This document shows positions 25,242 to 32,000 of a DNA stretch of 32,000 nt, one piece after another (the stretch's first letter is position 1; the number at the start of each line of letters is the position of its first letter). Made by a program: the position numbers and the translations under genes. The notes below the pieces were generated by a model. The model did not search any database, had not been told where the DNA came from, and saw only the letters and a program-made list of their open reading frames with translations. Origin of the DNA: Candidatus Electrothrix sp. GW3-4 (lineage in GTDB: Bacteria; Desulfobacterota; Desulfobulbia; Desulfobulbales; Desulfobulbaceae); assembly GCF_037902255.1 (NCBI RefSeq), contig NZ_CP147990.1, forward strand, positions 3,060,001 to 3,092,000, in the 5' to 3' direction.

Positions 25242-27875
25242 TCAGATCCCCAACAATCGATACACCGCATCCATATCGACCTCCTGGCGGAGCACCCCAG
25301 CCAACCGATCCAAGGCCGGTTCCAAATCGTACTTGGCGCCTTGCTCTTTCAACAGCGGAAACCCCTTTCTTGCCCGCAAATCATTGATGAACCAACGACG
25401 AAAGGGGTCAGAGTCAAAGATACCGTGCAGATAGCTGCCCCAGACCCGACCGGTCCGGTCTGCGGATCCGCAGGAAGCTCCATCGGCAAAGGTCAGCAGG
25501 GGTTTCGATGCGATACCGCCCCCGCCATCCCCTGTTATTCTGCTGTTCTTGTTGCTGCCAGTTTGCCCATGATGAATCTCATAGCCATGCACCGGCTGAC
25601 CAGACGGAAGATGCTGCCCTTCCCGGCGGGTCAGGGTCTTATCCGCAGCAAGTTCTGTGACCAGATCCAGCAGGCCCAAGCCGTGCAGCAGGGTACCGGG
25701 TTCACCTTCAATTCCGTGCGGATCAGCCACCGTTTTGCCCAGTATCTGGAAGCCCCCACAGATCCCTGTTATCTGGCATCCCTGCCCAGCCAGGCGGCAG
25801 ATGGCCCTGTCCAGGCCGGTTTGGGCAAGCCAGGCCAGGTCCGCAACCACATTCTTGGAACCGGGCAGGATCACGCCATCCGGTGTGCCCAGCTCATCGA
25901 TCCGGCACACGGTACGTAGCCAGACATCTTTTTCCTCCAGCAGCGGCTCCAGATCGGTGAAATTGGAGATATGGGGGAGATCAATCAGGGCTATCTCGAC
26001 ATGTTCACCCGCAGGCTCTGCACTATCATAAAGGCCCGCCTTGAAGCTCACCGAGTCCTCCTGGGGCAGGCCCAAGTTGCTGAGCCAGGGAACCACTCCA
26101 AGCACCGGCTTGCCTGTCCGTTGTTCGACAAAGGAATGAGCATCTGCCAGCAGAGAGGCATCACCCCGGAAGCGGTTGACCAGAAAGCCAGCCAGTAATT
26201 GCCGCTCCCAAGGGGCCATCACAGCCACATGCCCGATAAAAGAGGCATAGACACCACCCCGATCAATATCACCCACCAACAGGGCCGGAGACTGACTGTA
26301 TTGGGCCATGCGCATATTGACGATATCATGGGATTTCAGGTTAACCTCCCCTGGACTCCCTGCTCCTTCGAGAATAATGCAGTCGAAATCCGCTGCCAAT
26401 GCGTCATATGTCCGGCAGACCTCCTGCCAAGCCTCTTCCTTATAGCAGACATAATCCGCCACCCGCATATTGCCGACAGGTTTTCCGTGGACAATGATCT
26501 GGCTCCCCACGTCGGAAGATGGTTTCAGGAGCACAGGATTCATGCGTACATCCGGATCAAGACGACAGGCCTGGGCCTGCACGACCTGAGCACGGCCCAT
26601 CTCGCCGCCATCCCTGGTTACGTAGGAATTCAGGGACATATTCTGGGCCTTAAAGGGCGCCACCCGCACTCCGTCCTGCAAGAGGATCCGACAGAGCCCG
26701 GCCACCAGCACGCTCTTACCCACATCCGAGCCTGTGCCAAGCAGCATCAGCGAGGGTGTCTTATTACGCTTCAGACTTGCGATGGTTTTCCGATCATCCT
26801 GCAAGAGGATCTGTTGCAACGCAGCCAACAACTGCCTGTTTTCCTCTACTGAGCGCACTGCCACCCGAAAATAGCCTTCATCCAGGCCCTCGTAATTGGC
26901 ACAGACCCGAATGGCGATCTTGACCTGCTGTAAAAGCCGATCTGCCAACTCAGGGGCTGTCAGCTTGTCCTTCAGCTGAACCAAAAGAAAATCGGCTACT
27001 CCTGGAATCACCTTGAGTGCAGAAATTTTCGCCAGACCCCGGCATAAGACCTCTCGATTCTCTCGAACGATCTCCTGGGTTCTTTGAATATACTCGGCAT
27101 CACCAATCATGGTCTTACCAGCGACCTGGGCCAAGGCATTCACCGACCACGGAGCAAGCTGCCCCCTTATCGCATCACAAAGTTCCTCAGAGGCAGCCAG
27201 GAATCCAAGGCGCAAGCCAGGAACAGCAAAGAGCTTGGTCAGAGAGCAAAGGGTAATGATATTGTCCCGGCATCCTGCCAGAGAAGTATAGCCCGCAACA
27301 AAACCGGCAAAGGCCTCATCCAGAAGAAAGAGGACTTCCCGGTGTTGGTCTGCCAGGGCCAGCAAGGCTTCCCGGTCGTTCATCCTGCCGGTGGGATTAT
27401 TGGGCTGGCCCAGGATCAGCAGATCTCCTGGCTGAAGCAAAGCAGAGATCTGCGCCAGATCCGGTTGAAAATCATGCTTTGCTGACAGCGGTATCGCCTT
27501 GACCTCCACTCCAGCCTGCTCACAGGCCTGACGATAATCAATATAGGCAGGCACCGGTATGAGTGCCCGCTGTATCTTTTTATCCGCAAAAGCACGAAGC
27601 GCTGCGTAGAGCAGATCCGAGGTACCGTTGCCGGGCAGGATCTGTTGCCCAGGCAATCGATACTGGTGAGCAAGGGCCTGCACCAGATCCGCTGACTCTG
27701 GATCAGGATAATGGACAATATCCGGCATGCGCGCCGCCAGCATGTTCCAGAGATAGTCAGGCGGACCGAGTGGGTTAATATTGGCACTAAAATCAAGAAC
27801 CTCTTCCGGCAAACATCCCTGCCTAACCGCTATCCTCCTGATATTACCACCATGACCGCTATACTTACTCGTCAT
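25242..27875 (-). CDS. cobD/cobQ: Fusion protein: L-threonine-O-3-phosphate decarboxylase (CobD, N-terminal ~365 aa) fused to cobyric acid synthase (CobQ/CbiP, C-terminal ~505 aa)
   Basis: The N-terminal half has SANINPLGPP, GQPNNPTGR and SLTKLFAVPGLRLGF (class I/II aminotransferase fold with the PLP lysine). After the linker DDRKTIASLKRNKTPS come LMLLGTGSDVGKSVLVAGLC, FKAQNMSLNS and a GATase domain (GICGGFQILG, GYEIHHGQT, GSYLHGIF). It is a single uninterrupted 877-codon ORF. Confidence 0.85.
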   Translation of the reverse strand: MTSKYSGHGGNIRRIAVRQGCLPEEVLDFSANINPLGPPDYLWNMLAARMPDIVHYPDPESADLVQALAHQYRLPGQQILPGNGTSDLLYAALRAFADKKIQRALIPVPAYIDYRQACEQAGVEVKAIPLSAKHDFQPDLAQISALLQPGDLLILGQPNNPTGRMNDREALLALADQHREVLFLLDEAFAGFVAGYTSLAGCRDNIITLCSLTKLFAVPGLRLGFLAASEELCDAIRGQLAPWSVNALAQVAGKTMIGDAEYIQRTQEIVRENREVLCRGLAKISALKVIPGVADFLLVQLKDKLTAPELADRLLQQVKIAIRVCANYEGLDEGYFRVAVRSVEENRQLLAALQQILLQDDRKTIASLKRNKTPSLMLLGTGSDVGKSVLVAGLCRILLQDGVRVAPFKAQNMSLNSYVTRDGGEMGRAQVVQAQACRLDPDVRMNPVLLKPSSDVGSQIIVHGKPVGNMRVADYVCYKEEAWQEVCRTYDALAADFDCIILEGAGSPGEVNLKSHDIVNMRMAQYSQSPALLVGDIDRGGVYASFIGHVAVMAPWERQLLAGFLVNRFRGDASLLADAHSFVEQRTGKPVLGVVPWLSNLGLPQEDSVSFKAGLYDSAEPAGEHVEIALIDLPHISNFTDLEPLLEEKDVWLRTVCRIDELGTPDGVILPGSKNVVADLAWLAQTGLDRAICRLAGQGCQITGICGGFQILGKTVADPHGIEGEPGTLLHGLGLLDLVTELAADKTLTRREGQHLPSGQPVHGYEIHHGQTGSNKNSRITGDGGGGIASKPLLTFADGASCGSADRTGRVWGSYLHGIFDSDPFRRWFINDLRARKGFPLLKEQGAKYDLEPALDRLAGVLRQEVDMDAVYRLLGI

Positions 27876-28768
27876 ATGGCCCCCCCCTGCTTGAGGACAA
27901 AGACAAGGGCAACCACGGCTTCGGCCAGCTCGCAGGCAGCCCCCAGGGTATCCCCAGTTACCCCACCGATCTTCTGCCGACAGAAAAGGGCAAACAGGGC
28001 CGTCATGAGCAGCACAGCAAAGGCCGCCAGAAGCCCCAAAGGGCCTGCCGCTGCCCAGGCAATACCGGTGAAGACCAGCAGGATAGCTAAGGCCTGAAGT
28101 CGAGCGTGGTGTGTATGAAACGAATCTTGAAACAGGCTGCCCAACCCGCCTTCCTGTCGCGCATAGGGTAACAGAGCCATGAGCAGCAGGATGGCCATGC
28201 GCCCGGCAATGGGCATCAGGAACACAGCAACGAGCAACTGATTATTCATGGTAGCCAGACAGACGATCTTGAGGGAGAGAAGGAGGATGAGGGCGATCAC
28301 CCCCATAGCGCCGGTGGCTGAATCCCGCATGATCTCCAGCATCCGCTCTCTGGGGCGGGCACTGAAAAAACCATCGGCGGTATCGGCCAAGCCATCCAGA
28401 TGGAGCCCGCCGGAAAAGGAGAGCAAGAGCAAAACGGTCAGGACAGCTGTCACCGCAGGCGGCAGGAGCAAGCTCAGGCACCAGGTCAAGGGCAGGACAA
28501 TACAGGCAAAGAGCAGGCCAACTAAGGGGAAAAAAGGCACTGCCCGGGCCAATTCATCCTCACTGGTACCAAAGCTGCCGGAAATGGGAATGATGGAGAG
28601 GAAACGCAGGGCCGCGACAAAGGAACCTATCAGCGTAATAAGGCCCCTGTTCAACGGCTGATGGGTCCTTGGCTCAGAACTTCTCTTCTGTTCAGGACCT
28701 TTTCTCTGCAGCCGCGCTGTTTTTTTTCTGCGCCTGTTGCCGGAGCTGCGCCTGTTCAACAGTCTCAT
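27872..28768 (-). CDS. cobS: Adenosylcobinamide-GDP ribazoletransferase (cobalamin synthase) CobS, with a basic N-terminal extension
   Basis: Polytopic membrane protein with LRFLSIIPI and GLHLDGLADTADGFFS motifs. ATGA overlaps occur with both cobT (28765..28768) and cobD::cobQ (27872..27875). The first ~45 aa are Arg/Lys-rich and not CobS-like. Confidence 0.85.
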   Translation of the reverse strand: MRLLNRRSSGNRRRKKTARLQRKGPEQKRSSEPRTHQPLNRGLITLIGSFVAALRFLSIIPISGSFGTSEDELARAVPFFPLVGLLFACIVLPLTWCLSLLLPPAVTAVLTVLLLLSFSGGLHLDGLADTADGFFSARPRERMLEIMRDSATGAMGVIALILLLSLKIVCLATMNNQLLVAVFLMPIAGRMAILLLMALLPYARQEGGLGSLFQDSFHTHHARLQALAILLVFTGIAWAAAGPLGLLAAFAVLLMTALFALFCRQKIGGVTGDTLGAACELAEAVVALVFVLKQGGAI

Positions 28769-29868
28769 TCGGCAGGCGTTCCGGTTACTCCGGCATCGGC
28801 AAAGGTGGCCACCTCGGTGAGTACAGCCACAGCAGCCTCAACCACGTTGAAGGCCAGGGCTGCCCCGGTGCCCTCGCCCAGGCGAAGGTTAAGATCCAGC
28901 AACGGTTTGCAGCCGATTTTCTCCTGCATCACCACATGCCCCTGTTCTACTGAGCGATGGGCACAGATGATATAATCCCGGACAAAGGGTTCCAGCTTGC
29001 AGGCAATCAAGGCACCAGCAGTGGAAATAAAACCATCCACCAGAATGGGCTTTTGATGGGCAGCCGCCCCGATAATGAGGCCAGCAATACCACCTATCTC
29101 ATAGCCGCCCACCTTGGCCAAGACGTCCAGGCCATCCTCGGCATCGGGTTTATTCATTTGCAGGACCCGGGCAAGGATCTCTTTTTTATGGTCCAGCTGA
29201 TCATTATCAAGGCCGGTTCCCCGGCCAGTCAGCTCATCCAGGCTTTTATCCGTCATAGCGGCGATAATTGCCGTACTGGCGGTGGTATTCCCGATGCCCA
29301 TATCTCCGGTGGCAAAGATATCCACCTCTGCTGCCATTGCATCGGCCACCTCAACACCCGCCTCTACGGCCAGCACCGCCTGGGTGCGGGTCATGGCTGG
29401 TCCATGGACCATATTCTCGGTGCCAGCAGCGATCTTTTTGGAAATGATTTTTCCCTGCTTTACCAGATCAGACAGATCCTCGCTACAGCCCATATCCACC
29501 ACAGAGACCTCGGCCCCGGCCTGCCGGGCCAAGGCATTGATCCCTGCCCCGCCATTGACAAAATTATAGACCATCTGGGCCGTGACCTCGGAGGGATATT
29601 TAGACACCCCTTCAGCGGTGACCCCGTGATCTCCCACCATAACCACCACCCTTTTTCGCTTCACCGGGGGATGCATGGAACGGGTCATCCCAGCCAAATC
29701 CACCGCCAGATCCATAAGATCGCCCAAGGCCCAATGGGGCATAGTCAACTGCTCAAGTCGGGCTGTGGCCTTGTCCCGGTATTCGCTGTCCTGGGGAAAA
29801 ATTTTACGGAAGGTGGCTTCAAGATAATCGACGTGATCGGATCTGTTGGGTTTATATGTTGTCGGCAT
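28765..29868 (-). CDS. cobT: Nicotinate-nucleotide--dimethylbenzimidazole phosphoribosyltransferase CobT
   Basis: 367 aa with MVGDHGV, GDMGIGNTTASTAI, ILVDGFISTAGALIA and LRLGEGTGAALA. Confidence 0.92.
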   Translation of the reverse strand: MPTTYKPNRSDHVDYLEATFRKIFPQDSEYRDKATARLEQLTMPHWALGDLMDLAVDLAGMTRSMHPPVKRKRVVVMVGDHGVTAEGVSKYPSEVTAQMVYNFVNGGAGINALARQAGAEVSVVDMGCSEDLSDLVKQGKIISKKIAAGTENMVHGPAMTRTQAVLAVEAGVEVADAMAAEVDIFATGDMGIGNTTASTAIIAAMTDKSLDELTGRGTGLDNDQLDHKKEILARVLQMNKPDAEDGLDVLAKVGGYEIGGIAGLIIGAAAHQKPILVDGFISTAGALIACKLEPFVRDYIICAHRSVEQGHVVMQEKIGCKPLLDLNLRLGEGTGAALAFNVVEAAVAVLTEVATFADAGVTGTPAE

Positions 29869-29933
29869 AATATTTTTTATTCGGTGGAGGAACAGATGTG
29901 GGTTTCTGCCCTCTTTTTTATAAATAATTCAAA

Positions 29934-29958
29934 GACGAACACAGTGGTTCGCCCCTAC
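29934..29958 (-). repeat. REP-like hairpin in the cobU-cobT spacer
   Basis: The minus strand reads GTAGGGGCGAAC-CACTGT-GTTCGTC. Confidence 0.5.
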
Positions 29959-29984
29959 AGACTGAGGGATTAAACGGTATCGCT

Positions 29985-30009
29985 GGAGCACGACGCGCCG
30001 TGCCCCTAC
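29985..30009 (-). repeat. REP-like hairpin in the cobU-cobT spacer
   Basis: The minus strand reads GTAGGGGCACG-GCGCGT-CGTGCTCC. Confidence 0.5.
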
Positions 30010-30021
30010 AAGGTGACTCGC

Positions 30022-30555
30022 TTACTTTAACTGCATCGGGATTCCGCAACTTACCAGAAAAACCTGATCTGCAAAAGCAGCAATTACCTGATTGCAGCGT
30101 CCCACCAGATCACGGTAGCGCCGAACCTGGGGATTATCCGGGACAATACCCAGTCCAACCTCATTGGTAACCATAAAAATCTGTCCCTGGTGCTGACGAG
30201 CAGCAAGGGCCAATTCTTCTACTAAAGCGGTCGTTTGATCTTCACTGATTTCCTGTTCCTTCTGCTCTGCCTCATACATCAGATTGTTGATCCAGAGGGT
30301 GAGGCAGTCAATGAGCACGGTGGTCCCGGCAGGGGGGGTGCACTCTAACTCTTCAGCAAGGCGGAGCGGCACCTCAGCGGTCTGCCAGCCCAGACCTTCC
30401 CGGTCTTGCTGATGCCTGTGGATGCGCTCGTCCATTTCCGGATCGATACGGGGGCAGGTGGCAATGAAGAGGCGGGGGGCGTCGATCTGCTCGGCCTGTT
30501 GCTGGGCAAAGGCGGATTTGCCGGAACGACTGCCACCGGTAATGAGGGTTACCAT
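30022..30555 (-). CDS. cobU: Adenosylcobinamide kinase / adenosylcobinamide-phosphate guanylyltransferase CobU (CobP)
   Basis: MVTLITGGSRSGKSAFAQ contains the P-loop; CLTLWINNLM and VTNEVGLGIVPDN are present. Start chosen at ATG 30555, which has an AAGGAGG ribosome-binding site 8 nt upstream. The 19-codon extension to 30612 is rejected. Confidence 0.9.
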   Translation of the reverse strand: MVTLITGGSRSGKSAFAQQQAEQIDAPRLFIATCPRIDPEMDERIHRHQQDREGLGWQTAEVPLRLAEELECTPPAGTTVLIDCLTLWINNLMYEAEQKEQEISEDQTTALVEELALAARQHQGQIFMVTNEVGLGIVPDNPQVRRYRDLVGRCNQVIAAFADQVFLVSCGIPMQLK

Positions 30556-30666
30556 ATAAAATTCCTCCTTCTCCATTGTAACTCTGTTGTAACGTTTATA
30601 TTTTCGAATCACCCTTAGTATACCAAGACAACTCCAATCGTCAGAAACAACCGGAATAACCCTGGC

Positions 30667-30695
30667 ATTCTACTTGCCCTTTTCTCCTCCTTCAA
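30667..30695 (-). promoter_or_regulatory. Candidate sigma-70 promoter of the cob operon
   Basis: The minus strand reads TTGAAG-N17-TAGAAT, about 105 nt upstream of the cobU ATG. Confidence 0.35.
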
Positions 30696-30878
30696 GCGAA
30701 TCCCCTCTGACAGCAAGAAAATATCGCCCATCATCTCAGGGCCATTTGCTGGGGTGGTGATTGAGCTGGCGGAAATTTTTCTGGAAGCCTGAGCAGGGAA
30801 GACATTGCGAAAAGAGAGGGGAAACTACTGCCCCTTCAAGACAAGATACCCAAAGGGACAGAGGTAGATAGGCGGGCT

Positions 30879-31667
30879 TTAATATCGTGGCGGAGGCGGC
30901 GCATAGCCGTCATCAGGCCAGAAACGATTGCTCGGCGGTTGCCGAGGATAGGCCGGTGAACAGGAAATGATTTGCTTGCGGCATAAGGTCTCATGCCACT
31001 CATACTTATAAAAATACTTTTCCAGAGCATAGGGCTCAGGACGAAATTTCACTCGCACAGAAGAAGAATACTCCCCTTCCCCATAGCCAGTTCCAGCTGA
31101 AGAATCAGCGGAGTCAGCTGACTTCGACTTGTATTGCCGATTGCTCGGTGCGACCGGAGCAGCCTCCTGTGAATAGAGACGCGGTCGGACTGACGGATGA
31201 CGAACAGGTCGCGGCTTTTCCGCAAAGGCGGCAACTGCAATCACCCCCATTGCAGTTTGATCCCCCCAGGCACTGGCGTAGGAATCACCGGGCTCGGTGA
31301 AATAAAAACGATGAATCTCGTCCCTACCGGTCCGCCAACCTCGATAGACAGCAACACTGTAAGGTCCCAGGATATACATTCTTTCTGTGTTGCGCAGATA
31401 GGATTTTTTCCCGGAAATGATATTACGCCCGTCCACTGTTACCACCAAACCAATCCGTTTATCAGTATGATTCCTGATACGAAGACCGTAGCGGGCGTTA
31501 TGTTCAGCCTGAACATAGGCCCGATATGTACCCGGCGATGCACTGACAGGGTATGCCGGAAAGATATACCCTTGATCGGCAACCACTTCCACGCTGATAT
31601 CCCCAGCTGCCGCTGTGCTCCCGAGCAGGAACATCAGGCTGACCAGTGAGAAAAAGACTATCTTCAC
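30879..31667 (-). CDS. Secreted hypothetical protein
   Basis: 262 aa with a GTG start and an AAGGAGG ribosome-binding site 8 nt upstream. Signal peptide: MKIVFFSLVSLMFLLGSTAAAG. The C-terminus is Pro/Tyr-rich. No family recognised. Confidence 0.6.
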   Translation of the reverse strand: MKIVFFSLVSLMFLLGSTAAAGDISVEVVADQGYIFPAYPVSASPGTYRAYVQAEHNARYGLRIRNHTDKRIGLVVTVDGRNIISGKKSYLRNTERMYILGPYSVAVYRGWRTGRDEIHRFYFTEPGDSYASAWGDQTAMGVIAVAAFAEKPRPVRHPSVRPRLYSQEAAPVAPSNRQYKSKSADSADSSAGTGYGEGEYSSSVRVKFRPEPYALEKYFYKYEWHETLCRKQIISCSPAYPRQPPSNRFWPDDGYAPPPPRY

Positions 31668-31689
31668 GGCAATACCTCCTTGTTCGTTG

Positions 31690-31732
31690 AAAAAAAAATT
31701 CAGAAAGGGCCTCTGTGCGAGGCACAGAGGCC
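31690..31732 (-). terminator. Probable terminator after the yqgE-like gene
   Basis: GGCCTCTGTGC-gag-GCACAGAGGCC is an 11-bp perfect stem (31708..31732). On the minus strand it is followed by CTTTCTGAATTTTTTTTT; the T9 run is offset from the stem by 9 nt. Confidence 0.5.
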
Positions 31733-31781
31733 GTAACGAGATGGGAAAAAACGTCGGGTACGACGGGATGCAACAGACTAA

Positions 31782-32000
31782 TCAGGCATTGCCGACAATA
31801 TCGCTAAAGATAGAAATATTGATACCGTATCGACGGGCGGCCTGCTTCCACTTGAGTTCATCCGGGGTGTGAAACAGGACATTCATATCACCAGGCACGG
31901 TCAACCAGGAGTTATCCATGAGCTCAGACTCTAACTGACCCGGCCCCCAACCTGCATATCCCAAGAGAAACATGTAATCCTCTGGTCCCTCGCCTTTAGA
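31782..32000 (-). CDS. yqgE: YqgE/AlgH-family (UPF0301) protein, 3' part (partial, runs off the window end)
   Basis: The frame is open to the window edge and reads ...GEGPEDYMFLLGYAGWGPGQLESELMDNSWLTVPGD..., the conserved GYAGWGPGQLE.E...NSWL motif of the family. Confidence 0.7.
   Translation of the reverse strand, partial: SKGEGPEDYMFLLGYAGWGPGQLESELMDNSWLTVPGDMNVLFHTPDELKWKQAARRYGINISIFSDIVGNA

Noticed and set aside
30556-30878. Expected a cobalamin riboswitch upstream of cobU.
   Set aside because: I read the minus strand for the B12-box and core motifs (GCCACTG, AGGGAA...GGTG...CC, AGCCAGGAGACCTGCC) and found none. The predicted 5' UTR from the TTGAAG-N17-TAGAAT promoter is only ~105 nt. 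An Infernal scan would be the decisive test.

Overview
The window looks like chromosomal DNA from an anaerobic, nitrogen-fixing bacterium. The gene content (nifI1/nifI2, sigma-54/NifA control, a SPOUT-like gene between trmD and rplS) suggests a Desulfobacterota-type organism, but that is inference only. From left to right: (1) the end of the rimM-trmD-(SPOUT-like)-rplS-rnhB housekeeping operon on the + strand. (2) A minus-strand Mo-nitrogenase operon, nifH-nifI1-nifI2-nifD-nifK, with a recognisable -24/-12 sigma-54 promoter and one TGT-N10-ACA NifA site upstream of nifH. (3) A two-gene + strand cassette at 8353..11228, wedged between the nifH promoter and nifV-nifA. It encodes a 130-aa helical protein and an 824-aa STAND NTPase-TPR (NLR-like) protein. 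The C-terminus of the first and the N-terminus of the second share the same ~20-aa motif (NQxxxGDxNIVAGxDVNI). This is my top candidate for an uncharacterised signalling, cell-death or defence system. (4) nifV-nifA. (5) A lower-GC stretch encoding a large secreted Ig/HYR-repeat protein and a secreted hypothetical protein. (6) A RACo-like ASKHA ATPase, an LptF/G permease, a small dehydratase-like/activase-like pair, mltG and a small membrane protein. (7) A minus-strand cobalamin lower-ligand operon, cobU-cobT-cobS-(cobD::cobQ fusion). (8) A secreted hypothetical protein and the 3' end of a yqgE/algH-family gene. A family of GC-rich hairpins beginning GTAGGGGC (read on the minus strand) populates the intercistronic gaps of the nif and cob operons. 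I saw no rRNA, tRNA, CRISPR array, transposase or integrase. All calls come from reading the sequence and the ORF translations; no database searches were run.
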